Below are positions 1 to 13,700 of a DNA stretch of 64,000 nt, in pieces. Position 1 is the first letter of the stretch. Each line of letters opens with the position of its first letter. Source of the stretch: Haliotis cracherodii (lineage: Eukaryota); assembly GCF_022045235.1 (NCBI RefSeq), contig NW_027266308.1, positions 1,364,001 to 1,428,000 on the forward strand. Reading direction: 5' to 3'. The notes below the pieces were generated by a model. The model did not search any database. It worked only from the letters and a program-made list of their open reading frames with translations, and was not told the origin of the DNA. Position numbers and translations under genes: made by a program.

Positions 1-188
1 ATGATAGATTTCTGATAAATGAACTCGCCCACACACATGTCTATAGGGTTATGTTCGCCCGAACTGTAAACAGTGACACATTGATAACAGGAAGGGTGTG
101 TGGAATGCACTCGTCCTTGTAAGGGTAAAATACGCGTTTAAACTCGCTATTTAAATGATGACATTACTTTTTAGATGTATTGGTATCA

Positions 189-430
189 GTGAGTGAGTGA
201 ATTTAGTTCTACGCCACACTCGGCATTATTCCAGCTCTAGGACGGTGGTCTGTCAATAAACGAGCTTGGACCAGACAATCAAGTGATCAACAGCATGAGC
301 AGCGATCTGTGCAACTGGGAACCGATGGCACGTGTCATCCGAGTCGGCGAGACAGACCAACCGATCCCCGTCAGTCGCCGATAAGCATGGGTTACTGAAG
401 GTCGATTCTATAACCCGGACCTTCACGGGT
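189..430 (-). mobile_element. SINE-like family 1 (Nin-like GTCGTAAGAGGCGAC core), diverged copy
   Basis: Similar to 48736-48985 and more than 10 other copies in the window. Confidence 0.75.
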
Positions 431-1014
431 GTAGTGTGACGAAGACTATATACTAATATGATCGCTTTTTTAACATACTCACAAGTGTGCTATGAAGAAA
501 AGAGTGTCTTCTAAGAATCCCTGCACGTGTAAGACAGTATAAACTCAACAGTAGTGTAGCCCGACAAACAGTTTTACTTTCGCCAGCAAACGGATTGGAC
601 GTGAACAACATGAAGAAAGCATCAGAGATTAGACTTGACCCTAGAGATATAATTAGGAAGACTACGTTGAGAAAATCACAACAGAGAAAGAAACCACAAG
701 CAGCCAAGAAGTCGACGCTGAAGACAAAGAAGAGACAGGTAACACCTAAAATGAAAACGATGACAACCAAACAGGGATCGAAGACAACACCCCAACCCGT
801 GAAAATACAACATGTGTCGGAGGTGAAGGCTGTGGTGGAACGGGCACTTGCTGCCTTGAAGCGTCAACAGAGTCAAGGGTATAAAAGAAAGCTTCATACC
901 CTCTAATCGCACACCGTATTGGATCACCATGGGGGTTGCCACCTGTCCGGACTATGAAAAAATGTTTTCAAGGAGAGATGTCATGTTACGACACAGGAGA
1001 AATAAACATAGCAT

Positions 1015-1237
1015 ACCGCCGCCGTTACAAGCCCACCCGCCGCCGCAAGTCCACTGGCCATTACAAGCCCACCCGCTAACGCCGCCGCCGCAAGCCCATC
1101 AGCTACCGCCGCCGCCGCCGCCGCCGCCGCGAATCCACCCGCCATTCCAAGCCCACCCGCTAACGCCGCCGCCGGCGCAAGTCCACCCACCGGCGCCGCT
1201 GCGTCAAGCCAACCCGCCGTTACAAGCACATCCGCCG
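1015..1237 (+). repeat. (CCG)-rich imperfect repeat encoding a Pro-rich tract
   Basis: Repeated caagcccacccgccgccg units. Confidence 0.8.
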
Positions 1238-4200
1238 TAAACTTATGTGAGAATCAAACCTTGTGTTCGTCCAGTAAGTGTGTGCCCCGGTCCATGGATG
1301 TCTATGTAGTTAATGAGCATCAGACGCCCCACTCCTTGACTCCTGGCTATGCGGGCTGTAGAGTTATGGCTTACATTGATCATGACAACACATAATGGCA
1401 ATACGTTTAAGTAGCTGTTTAGTGTTTAGGGTCCCTTTACGCCCCAAAACGCAGTTACGACAATAGGTACAAGTATATACAATCAGAATGAATCGGTACC
1501 GTAACATTGGGTGAGGAGATCACATCGAATCGTACCTTCGGACAAAACGTTTGGCATTAAAATATTACTTTCTGTCCTGTTCGCTGTCATTAATTCCCCA
1601 AGTACGATTATTCTGCACCACGACTATGCAATGTGCATAGACAGGAACCAATCACAGATAAGGGGAGACTCATGTTTGTGCCTACAAAAAGATGAACGCT
1701 AGACATTTTTTTATAATGGATATCTGATTGTTTGTTTGGTGAAACATCTTAATCAATTGTCACTTGTGTGTTACTATAAATGTTCGCTAGATATACAAAC
1801 AGAGAATATCAAAATAGCCTTCAAGACACTAAGAGTAATTTTAATTTTAATGATAGAATAAATGCATTTAATAGATATTCTGTCCTTGACAGAGATGAGA
1901 TATGCACCATGTAAGACATACGATTCTGTATACGAGGAGCTCTGTCTGGGAATGTTCACTGTGGCTGCAGAGTTATCCACGTGCAATGTAAAGGTGGGAA
2001 TGATTCTGTGCGTGAACTACGTCATGCGTGACGTCATCAGTGTAAGTGGATGAAGCCATCGTCAGGAAATGATTGAACCGCCCTTACGAGTTTTCGTTGT
2101 TATTTGCTCCTGGCCCAAATATATCTGGAAATGTTTACAGAGGCTGCAGAGGTATCCCTGTGTAGTGTAGAAGTTAGGATGCTGTCAAATATGAGTGAGT
2201 GAGTGAGTGAATATGGTTTTAAACCGCTTGTAGCAATATTCCAGCAATATCACGGCGGGGGACACCAGAAATAAGCTTCACACATTGTACCCATGTCGAG
2301 AATGGAACCCTGTCAAATATGACCCACGTGTACCAAACTCCGCACTGGACATGACATTTCAGAATGATACATGGAAAATAAATTTTCGACAAACCTGTGA
2401 GGGTAGTCAATTAATATTTTCAACTGCAATTTAACTTTACTCGAATCATCCATGCAAAGTAAAGTATTTTATGGCTCGTTGTTTCAGAGGAGGGATCCGT
2501 TAACGTTAGCTTAAAGCAATAAATCAATTCTTTCATATGAAATGAATGATCATTTATCTACCTTCCACTACTCACCAAACGCTGTTTTCAAACACACGAG
2601 TGACTCGCCAAAACACCATCATAACTCTATTGCGCAGCAGAAAGGATTGTGGGTAACGGTGTCATGCGGACGTAGGCCTTGGCGTTGGAGGGGTATAAGG
2701 TAGGAGGGGTGTTGCCCCATATAGGACCAGTCGACCGTGATTACAAACCAAGTGCTGATAACCAAGAGCGGTTGTTCTCTGGCGTTCACGTTTCATTCTA
2801 ATGTACTTGAAATGGCATCTCTCGGTGAATGGAACATCAAGACATAGTCAATATACCGAGCACAACGAGTAGATTCTACTTTCGATATTACAAACACAAA
2901 TACAAACGGGTTAGGCGAGTGTGGGGGTTATTCAGTAGTAATGCGCGAGCTAAGGATGTAAAACCAATACGGAAAACCATTTAAATTTATATTTTATTAT
3001 GCAATACATGCATGGGTTTAAATAACATGCGTAACTGTAGTATTGATAAATGTTTGAAATAAATTCTGATCAAGGAGAATGTCTACTTTCGATATGACTC
3101 ACACCATGGGTATTGCCAACGTGACAGAAAGAATTCAAGGTCAAGGTCAACATGGATGAATGGACACGTTTTTATTTTCTGTTTTAGTTTCATTGTTATT
3201 TTTGTATGGAAAGAAGATCTAAATAGTTTCTGTTGTGGTAATGTTTGGTAATAAAACGATGTAGTGATACATAACTGTTTCGAAACATTTATAACCTCAG
3301 GAAATTCATCCCATAATGTATAAACGGTAAATCTACATTCATATCAGTCAAATGTACTCACGAGCCATTTAAACGCAATGCTTCTGCATTGGATTCTAGT
3401 GTAAACATTAAATTTACAAAATATATACAAGAGCTTTTCATCGTCTACATCCTTCTGTTTAAAAATACTTCCCTTTCAGTAGATTGTAATCAATGTGTGT
3501 TGATACATAGTGCTGCTCACAGTGTGTATGCTTTGGACATCATTTTGTAAGTTTATTTATTAAGTCTTTGAATGGTATTTAAAAGTGATTCATTATTATT
3601 ATTTTTGTTGTTTAACGCCGCGCTCAGCAATATTCCAGCTGTATGACAGCGGTCCGTAAATAATCGAGTCTGGACCAGAAAATCCAGTGATTGATATCAT
3701 GAGCATCTATCCACGAAATTGGGATCGATGACATGCATCAACCAAGTCAACCTGACTACCCGTGATGGTTAAATAACCAGTTATATTATATTGCTTATAA
3801 GTTTCGTTCGTAAATCCCAACTCTGGCTTTGATCAATGTGTGATACCGTGTGGTTGAATGAAAGTCAAATGAGCTTATTTCATTGACTGCCTGCTCGACG
3901 TGGCAGCTTCTGTGAACATGTTCTCTTCAGAAACCACTAAACCAATAACCTGATTCTTCACATGCATTTCCCAACCAATGACAATACTGCAATTTGTTCA
4001 CAAGGTTTGAATCCGATTTTGTTACAAATGTAACGGAATTTGGTAATGTATAGTTGGTTGGTTGTGGGGCGCATGTTTTAAGATATCATAAATTTAGTTT
4101 AACTGACATTTGCACTATGATCATGCTCTTGTAGTAATTATGTTAAAACCCACTCTAGTCTACTCTGAAACCACTGGACCAACAACGCTGATACTTTACA

Positions 4201-4468
4201 TACTTTCTTGAAAAGTGAATTTGTAATGTAATGATTCCATCACTTTCAATATGGCCACTGAAACAACCATTTTTCGAAACGGTTTTGATGTGGTCATATA
4301 CCTATTTTCTGCGACATATAAGAATGCATGGGTACTAATTATTTATGCTGCAAGAAAAAAACCTATCCAGTTTTGCCAGCTGTGCCGTGTCATCATGCTT
4401 CGACAGAAATATTTTTAAGAATTTAGAGGTTGTCCACTGCACATAAAAATATGTCTTCCTCTTTGTAG

Positions 4469-4778
4469 ATGGCAGCCGCCAGAAAGTTGGACAGTGTGCA
4501 TGAGAACTTCTTGACCTGTTCATTATGTACGAAGGGATACAAAGATCCCTGTACTCTGACCTGTAGCCACACCTTCTGTAAGGGCTGCCTGGGGGCATTC
4601 CTGAAGACAAGACAAGATGCAATCAGAGCCAAGTCCATCCTGTGTCCCTACTGTCTACAGATGACCCGAGTTCCCCAGCCTGACAGACCAGTGGAGGAGT
4701 GGGTGAAGCAGATCAAGCCCAGTTTCCTCATACAGGGACTTCTGGAAACTCTAGCCTGTGGGGAAAATACTGAGCATG
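4469..4778 (+). CDS. TRIM-family gene, first coding exon: RING finger
   Basis: Acceptor tcttcctctttgtag directly before the ATG at 4469. C3HC4 RING (CSLC...CSHTFCKGC...CPYC). Phase-1 donor G|gtaagt at 4779. Confidence 0.9.
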
Positions 4779-5853
4779 GTAAGTAAATATAAGTGAGGTC
4801 AAGATGAAACTGTTGCTGCGACAAGAGGGCTATCAAGTAAAGTATGGCTTGAATCAGTGTTTCTCACTGTCCTGAAGTATTCAGTAACCTCAGGTGTAAC
4901 CAAATGTTCAATCCCCTGGGAAAAGCTTGAATAATCCCTTGTCCTTTCAGCTTGCATATACCTCGTCTACTCAAAGCCATGTTAGTTTGGTCGGAATATA
5001 CTCATGAATGTACAAGTAATGTACTTAGTGCACTCAGAACGTGGTAGGCAATCCTACCAAAGAGTGGTCAAAGTTGAGTTATCGCCTACAACTACTTAAG
5101 CACTGTTGGCATTAGTAGAATAACGGATTATGGTAGAATTATGTTTATTCTGCTGAACCACACGTGTTGCGTGAACAGCATTTGAAGACCCGAGCAGATG
5201 ACAACAAGTGTAATTATATACCCGTCCCCCAAAATATGGAAGAAACCTCATAGAAAACATGCCAGTTGATTCTAAGACGAGAAATCCTGATTGATTAGAT
5301 ACGGTTTTGCTTTTGCGTTTGAAGATGAGGCATAATCGTATCCAACGGAGGTAAAGCAAGTAGTAGAACTTCTGATTTGAAAAGAATCCATCAAGCAGCG
5401 ACACATTGTAACTAGAGACGTACACGTTCAAGGGTATTTATATCTGGCACAGTGATATGTGGGATGAGGATGATGAATATGTAACAGTACTAGTCAGGTG
5501 AAGAAAGTATTGATGCACACTGATGATAGTCAATCGACTTTAGTCGTTGATGCTGTTTCCATACATTTGTCTCTCTACTAAGAGTAAGGGCCCAGTTAAT
5601 ACATTTACGTAGCCACAAACCACCCCAAGAAAACTACATCACCGGACGTTAGTCGTTATTATAAGGACTCTATCAAGTTTAAGTCTGTGTTAACTGATTA
5701 TGTGTTATTCTATGTTGAAGACTACTGATTGTGGCCAATATGAAAGAGTTAAGTGGACATGGGTAACACGTCAGGGCAATACAATGCTACTGCATGTGAA
5801 AATAGACATGAGTGCATGGAGAAGGCAATTAACATAACCATTTGCATCTCTAG

Positions 5854-6800
5854 GTAATGACAACGATTGCTTCTCCTGCAAGAAACTTGGGGTTAAAAGT
5901 GAGGCCAGGTCCCACTGCCAGGACTGTTCTGTCCCGCTCTGTGACAGATGTGTCAAGATGCACTTGGCCAATCCTGCGACATCAGAACATGACCTCGGTG
6001 ACATTGGAGATGGAGTAAAGGTCAGCAGACGACGAAGACAAATGTGCACGGAGCACAATGAAGTTATGGGCTTCTGCTGTAGGGATTGCAATAAAGCAAT
6101 ATGCCAAAAATGTTGTATCATATATCACAGAACATGCATCTCCGTGGTCACTATTCAGTCCCTCATGTCTGAGATGAAACATGCTCTGACACAAAATGAG
6201 CGCTTGTTCAGACGTCAGTTTGAAGACACAAACAAATCACTTCTACAAAACACATCTCAGATTGATGCACTTGACCACAACAACGTCTTAGTTGAATCAA
6301 AGATCAGACAGGCCTCTCAAAGGGCCATAGACGTGATCAAACAGAAGGAAAAACAACTGCTGGCCAAACTGAATGACATGACAGATAAGCAGTCTGGAAA
6401 ACTGAGAAGACGGATGAGGTCCAAAGAAATAGACATGCAGTTGTATCAACAATACATACAATACATTTCCCAGGTGTTGAAGTCAGGGAGTGAGACTGAC
6501 ATGTTTGATATTTACCAGAATTGTCAGTCAGGGGCAATGGCTGCTGCAGCAGTCAGGGCTGTCAAATTTACAGATGTTCCAGAGTCAAAAGTTGTATTCA
6601 TTAGCAAAATAGATGTTGGGAACATTAACAAGCATGTCGGATTAGGTAGACTGGAGTTTGAGAGATTCGGCATCATGGGTACCCCTCTGTTAAGTCACAC
6701 AGTCAATCCTAGGTTAAAGGATGACAAAGCGAAGCCCGACCCTCATGATGTCATGGTCGTCGATGTGGATGTTGAAGAGATACTGGTCATAGCAGACTAA
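5854..6800 (+). CDS. TRIM-family gene, exon 2: B-box1, B-box2, coiled coil, ending at a premature TAA
   Basis: Acceptor catctctag|GT at 5854 is in phase with exon 1. Motifs CFSC...HCQDCSVPLCDRCVKMH and CTEH...CCRDCNKAICQKCCIIYH, then a helical coiled coil. TAA at 6798-6800 falls inside the NHL-like motif IAD*SNKCLKSF. Confidence 0.85.
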
Positions 6801-7470
6801 AGTAATAAATGCCTGAAATCCTTTTTCACAAAAAAAACAGCCAATCACAACAAAGAAAATTAAAAGTTTCCCACACTCTTTGTCAAGACTAGGAAAAAAC
6901 CTGCTGGCTTTAGCATTCTGGTCAAGCAATGAAATTCTACTTGTACTGGTGACCCCTGACCGTGTACTGCAGTCACGTGTTACTACAAAGAAGAAGAACA
7001 GATGCCTTGCAGCCTTGAGTAATTCAACATTAGCAGCAGGTTGTGTATATCCCGCCTGTGTCGACATCCTGGATATATCTGGGGAAGTGCTGAGGTCAAT
7101 CAGTACACTCAACGCAGTAGAGAACCTGCTATGTGACCCGAGGTTCATCCTGGTGTCAAATGATGACTCAAACTTTCTCTACTGTATGACACCAGAGGGG
7201 AAGGCTGTGTTCACCTACAGACCCACAGGAGAAGCTGCAATGAGAGGGCCACGAGGTATCACAACTACCAGAACAGGACACATTCTGGTGGCGGACAAAT
7301 GGACAAACAAGGTAACACTACTGACAGCAGCAGGGGAGTTTGTCCGAGACCTTCTGACATCTGAGGATGGAATCGAGCAGCCGTATGGTTTGTCTGTCCA
7401 TGGAGATGAACTGTTTGTGACACAGCGCAATACAACTGTTAAGGTATTTCATTGCTCGAGGTCTGTGTAA
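6801..7470 (+). pseudogene. Disconnected NHL/beta-propeller region of the TRIM gene (nonsense codon plus +1 frameshift)
   Basis: The frame continues as SNKCLKSFFT after the stop, then shifts at the A8 run 6830-6837 into ORF 6880-7470 with NHL-like repeats (MRGPRGITTTRTGHILVADKWTNKV, IEQPYGLSVHGDELFVT). Confidence 0.8.
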
Positions 7471-7782
7471 TCACTATTATGTCAAGAATATTCTATCTAC
7501 CATTTGTCAAGCAGTGAGTCAGTTTTATCTTAGTGCATCATAGTTTTTTATTTTTTTAGTGTGGCTTTGTACTGAAAATCATGCAACTATGTTTTTGACA
7601 TTCTGATAAAAACAACCCAATTGGGTTTGACAGGATGATCGGATGCAGTTGCAATTCTTTGAAATACAAGAAACATTATTTTCAGCTTACTTTGCTGATT
7701 AGAAGCTGCTCTGCTTTTGTCTTACTTTGTTGTCACTTAATACAGCTTGAAAGCACTTGTTTGAACTTTTGCAATTATTCCC

Positions 7783-8098
7783 CTGAAGGTTTGTTTTCTT
7801 TTGTTTGCTCTCAATGTTTTGTCCACTGATCTAGGAAACATAACGTTAAACTTTATGTCTTTACTGTCTACATGTACCTGTACTGTAGGTTTGTTTTCTT
7901 TTGTCTGCTCTCAATGTTTTGTTCACTGATCTAGGAAACATAACGTTAAACTTTATGTCTTTACTGTCTACATGTACCTGTACTGTAGGTTTGTTTTCTT
8001 TTGTCTGCTCTCAATGTTTTGTTCACTGATCTAGGAAACATAACGTTAAACTTTATGTCTTTACTGTCTACATGTAACTGTACTGAAGGTTGTTTTCT
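7783..8098. repeat. 119-bp tandem repeat, about 2.7 copies
   Basis: ctgatctaggaaacataacgttaaac recurs at 119-bp spacing, just downstream of the TRIM gene. Confidence 0.85.
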
Positions 8099-8249
8099 GT
8101 AAATGGCTCCACTTTTCTAAAACCGTCATCTATATAATTGGTCCTTTGTTATATATCGATTACTCTTACATATATACTCAATTCCAAATGAAAGCACATC
8201 GTAAAGTATGGACGTCGCCATCTGAGATTCGACATGGACAACGACACAG

Positions 8250-8356
8250 GACCCACTTGCACAAAGGGATCTTATCGCTACGACTATTGTAAGCCTATGT
8301 TAAAGTATGAGAGTTACGATCATCTTAGAGCTAAGATCGTTTTGTGCAAGTGGGTC
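8250..8356. mobile_element. MITE, PIF/Harbinger-type
   Basis: About 30-bp TIRs beginning gacccacttgcacaaa; 3-bp CAG duplication on both sides. Confidence 0.75.
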
Positions 8357-8849
8357 CAGGTCTGTGGTGGGTGCTAATTGTCTGTCTGGCAGTAGTTGAC
8401 TGCTGGTAGGTGTTGTTGGCGCAAGTGAGAACGGATCGTGACCATGCCTTTACGTGAAAAGGTTCGACGTTTACGTCCGCTTCTTTGGCGACACTGCACC
8501 CTGCTGTCAGTGCATTATCTGCAGTAGAACAGTAGATCGTTGTGTGAACGTGTAAATCTCTTGCCTTTCTTGCCGTGTTTTTCAGCTTCAATCATGAACG
8601 ATACTAAATGACGATTGTTTGTGCCTTATCTGGACTTCCGTGTCACCTCAAAGAATAATTGTTTTACGGTTGTTGCAACGTGTAACTTTCGTGGATTCCT
8701 TCAGTCAACAAACCATGTTTCACGTTAAAAGCGTGCATGTTGCTCTAAGCACGTCTGACCATTTTGTCTCATGGATATGTACAGTCTCTGTTTAGTGTTC
8801 GATTCTTAATACGATGCATTTCACTTTTTTGTGTGAAAGATTGGCATGT

Positions 8850-9165
8850 TTTTTCTCATTATTTCGAACATTATCTTGGTATTTCAAGCGATTTTGTATC
8901 TCGTTATTTCGATTATTTTCTCAACATTTCGATTATTTTCTCTTTGCATCGATTTTTTTCTCGCTACTTCAATTATTTTCTCGAATCTCGATTATTTTCT
9001 CGTTATTATTATCCGTAATAATTTGTTCAAGTCCGTATTTTCTTGTTATTTCAAGTTTATTTGAAACATTTCAATTTATTTCACGTTATATTAATAATTT
9101 TACTCGAAATTACGAGTTTTTGCTCGTCACTTCTATTATTTTCTCGTTATTTCAATAACTTTTTT
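8850..9165. repeat. Degenerate ~20-bp AT-rich repeat
   Basis: Variants of ttttctcgttatttcgatta. Confidence 0.7.
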
Positions 9166-10471
9166 GAAATAAGAAATAAGGAATGGAACAAATTATTATG
9201 CATGCAACACAGATAACGAGTACGTCCTCTGCATGTATTGATCATATATTTGGATCATACATAGGAAATTGTGTAGATTTATATTCATGATATCATTCAG
9301 TATGTCAAATAAAAGCTCTTTTTATGATCTTTCCAAAAATACTGGTTTAGTTTTTATACTGGACAAAAATGCTAACTATTTTGCAGCTGCTGCTCATGAA
9401 CAATATAATAACACTGGACATAATTCCCAGGGACCTAATATCCTCCGGCTCCACCAGGTGATTGATCTTAATAGTACTTGGCTATGCTACTATTATGTAA
9501 GAAAGTGTTGAAACTCTTTTATTGAATCAAGGGTATGTTTTCTACTGCCTGTCAGTTTGATTAAAGTATTGCAAATTCGAAATACCATTTTTCTTCCATA
9601 GATTGTCTTTATCATTATCAAACAGGGCTATTACCGGGTATTCTGCAAAACAAATTTTCAAATGCTCTTAAAACAACACCTAATTATAGCACAAGGTTTT
9701 AATTGAGTATTTTTCTGAAGCCTATAAATGGAGCTTTGATTGCAAAATGTTTCCAATCACTTTCGAACATAATGGCGGCCTTTTTGAAAATGCCATCAGG
9801 GGGAACTTGTGCCAGGAGCATCAGTATGACTGTCTGAAGGTCTGAAGCTTTCTACAACTAATTTTCGAGGTTGTTGTTTATTTTTGTCTGATGCTCTTGG
9901 CCAGTGGGAACAGGTTAGAAACATGCGTAATTTAGTCATCTCTTGAATTCGGAAATGCAAAGTTGAATTGAATTCCGAAATTGACCACATTATAAATACT
10001 ACCTAAGGTAACAACTCTCTGTGACTACCAGTCAAAATAATCTTTTAAACTCCAGACAACGTAGAGGCCAGTCTTTCCCAAAGACCAGGAGGGAGTGCTA
10101 AATGAGGACGATATTGATAAAGATAATGTTCTTAATGATTTTTTTGTAGATCAAGCCTCAGTTACAGATACAGATGACGTCATTAATGATAATGCTTTTT
10201 TGGTTAATGATAAGAGCATAAATATTTATCTAATAAAGACTTAGAGTATGTATTGATGTAGTATTAGTATATTAAAAACTTTGGCTATTGTTTTATCGAA
10301 ACCACTTTGTGGCAATTGCATGGTTTGATTGGTCAAGAAGTTGTGGTAGTGGTATAATTTTGGCGCTTATACCTTTACCTATCATCAGAGAGGATTATTT
10401 TAAAGGAAACAACAATAGATGTCAGCACACTTTTATAGGCAGTGGTTTCTGCAAACGTACAGCACAGTGTC

Positions 10472-10710
10472 TTAGGACGCATAACCAAACACCTTGACCT
10501 CACAGAACTGTAGTAGGTCCCCTGTACCATTCTTCCTCCCCTTCAGTCTAACATATCGTCCTTTCACAGGTCGGACACATTTTACATTGACCGTCTTCCC
10601 TGGCACTGTGACAGCACCATTGTAGGTTCCACACAGTGCAGCCTGGGCGCTGTGTTCAGTGGCCGGGTTCTTTGTGAACACCTCCAATGTGAAGTCGTGT
10701 AGTCTTTCAG
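10472..10710 (-). CDS. F-type lectin domain 3, terminal exon
   Basis: ERLHDF...FCEVKVFGYAS*; TAA at 10472-10474. Confidence 0.9.
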
Positions 10711-13700
10711 CTGTAACAGGTGACAATGACTTACATTATGACACTCGTTGCAACAAGAGACATCAGTTTCCTAGCACTGCATTCCTATTTCTACAGCACA
10801 TTACATTCTGAATGTTTTGGAATGGAAGTACATGTATTTCCTCATCAGTTTGCTTGATACCCGGGGATTTGCCAAGATCATGCTATGTACAGATTGTTTA
10901 AGAAACTGATACGATCTCATCAAAGTAGTTACTGTTCATCGCTTCTGAAAAGTAACATTTACTCACTACAACAATCACTCCTGCTTGTCACAGCAACATC
11001 CATAATCCTCGAATAAGCTTCCAAATCGACTTGCCACCAGGGATGATTGTCTCCTTCTCTCACAGCAAAGCAACTGCCTTGTTTCCAGTCAGTGTAGGGA
11101 AGGCCGTCTGCAGCAACTCCAGGTAGTGGCCCATAAACAGAGCTCGCTATAGCTGGCTTGCCTTCAGCTAGGTTAAACGTGGCTGCATTGTGTACCAAAC
11201 ATGATATATGATTCAGTACATGAGTTCCACACTAACGTTGCAAGGGTCATTTGCTTCATTCCAAAAGTGAGAAAATATCATTAACTCTTTGTAGTAAGAT
11301 CACAAGACATCTTTCAAATCACTGGAATTTTTGTAGTTAAGTGCGATTCAGTGGAAATCATGCTTTTATGTATATTTTTATCAAGGGACAACATATGAAA
11401 CTTAGTGGACACGTGCTTGTGGGAGTGGCAGGTGTCACAGGTAGAGCATGACATACTTACCCTTTTTTGCGATTAACTTGTGTCATGATTGAGCTTTAGA
11501 GATCGTTTCATATAATTTTCACAAATTAAATAACTAAGCCTTTTATGCCAAATGGAATCTGTTTCGAGGGATGATAGAGACTGACTGTCCTCTAGCTTTT
11601 ACACTGTGTATTGCTACATCGCAAGCAAATGCACTTGTAACCCATGCTTTATATTTCTCTTTAAGGAAAGCTATATAATTTCAAAAATGAACATGAATGA
11701 CACTTTGCCTCATAAATTCAAATTCTTCTCACCACCAGCAATAATGGATCCAAAAACCTTGACCTCGCAGAACTGAAGGAGGTCGCCTGAACCGTTCTTC
11801 CTCCCCTTCAGTCGGACATATCGTCCTTTTACAGACCGGACACATTTTACATTGACCGTCATTCCTGGCACTGTGACTGCTCCATTGTAGGTTCCACACA
11901 GTGTAGCCTTGGCGCTGTGTTCAGTGGCCGGGTTCTTGGTGAACACCTCCAATGTGAAGTCATGTAGTCTTCCAGCTGAAACAGGTGACAATGACTTACA
12001 TTATGACACTTGTTACAATGGGAAATTTCAGCATCCTGGCACTACAAGATCATCCTCGTAACGAGATGGTTTCAAGGACACGTGGATTTGCCGGGATTAT
12101 GCTGTACGCATGAGGATTATTAAGTCACAAACCACTTTATAGGATATGTCCTATACATTTAAAAATGTCTGTAGTGATTCATTGTTGGAAATACGAAAAG
12201 AGAGTAGTAAACTGACAAACAGAACGTATGGCATTACCATCACACACATAATGAAGCTGTCACCAGCACTAGCTACGGATTTATGTGTGATATGTAGTCT
12301 CTCAGCTGTGACAATGACATATATTATGATGGTGGATGTTAGTTTCCTAGCACTGAATGGCTGGTCCTAACGGGAAGATTTGTGGGAAAAAAGTGTTCAG
12401 AATCACTTCTCTTACAGGAGTCATTTCCCTTATTTCCGATAACTGATAACCTATACGAGCTCATGAAAGTAGATTTACATTTTTATGAACATTGGTACTG
12501 AAAAGTATCATTTACTCACTACAACAATCACTCCTGCTTGTCACAGCAACGTCCATAATCCTCGAATAAGCTTCCAAATCGACTTGCCACCAGGGATGAT
12601 TGTCTCCTTCTATCACAGCAAAGCAACTGCCTTGTTTCCAGTCAGTGTAGGGGAGGCCGTCTGCAGCAACTCCAGGTAGTGGCCCATAAACAGAGCTCGC
12701 TATAGCTGGCTTGCCTCTAGTTAGGTTACACTTGGCTGCATTGTGTACCAAACATGATATTGGATTCAGTACGTGAGTTCCACACTAACGTTGCAAGGGC
12801 CATTTGCTTCATTCCAAAAGTGAGAACATATCATTAACTCTTTGTAGTAAGATCACAAAACATCTTTTAAATCACTGAAATATTTGTAGTTAAGTGCGAT
12901 TCAGTGGAAATCATGCTTTTATGTATATTTTTATCAAGGAACAACATATGAAACTTAGTGGAAACGTGCTTGTGGGAGTGGCAGGTGTTACCGGTAGAGC
13001 CTGACATGCTTACCCTTTTTTGCGATTAACTTGTGTCATGACTGAGCTTTAGAGATCGTTTCATATAATTTCACAAATTAAATAACTTAGCCTTTTATGC
13101 CAAATGGAATCTGTTTCGAGGGATGACAGAGACTGACTGTCCTCTAGCTTTTACCCTGTGTATCTCTACATCGCAAGCAAATGCACTTGTAACCCATGCT
13201 TTATATTTCTCTTTAAGGAAAGCTATATAATTTCAAAAATGGACATGAATGACACTTTGCCTCATAAATTCAAATTCTTCTCACCACCAGCAATAATGGA
13301 TCCAAAAACCTTGACCTCGCAGAACTGAAGGAGGTCGCCTGAACCGTTCTTCCTCCCCTTCAGTCGGACATATCGTCCTTTTACAGACCGGACACATTTT
13401 ACATTGACCGTCATTCCTGGCACTGTGACGGCTCCATTGTAGGTTCCACACAGTGTAGCCCTCGCACCACTTTCAGTGGCCGGGTTCTTGGTGAACACCT
13501 CAATTGTGAAGTCATGTAGTCTTCCAGCTGTGGCAATGACATATATTATGATAGTGGATGATAGTTTCCTTGCTTTGCATGGCTGATCCTTTTGAAGAGA
13601 TTTTTGAGAAATCAAGTGTTTAGAACCACTTTAGTGAGTGTAAGTAAGACCTTCTCCTACAGGAGTCATTACCTTATTTCTGAAGTTTCGGAATGGAAGT

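Noticed and set aside
6821-6840. Programmed -1 frameshift at A AAA AAC in the TRIM gene
   Set aside because: The shift needed is +1, and an in-frame TAA lies upstream of the site.
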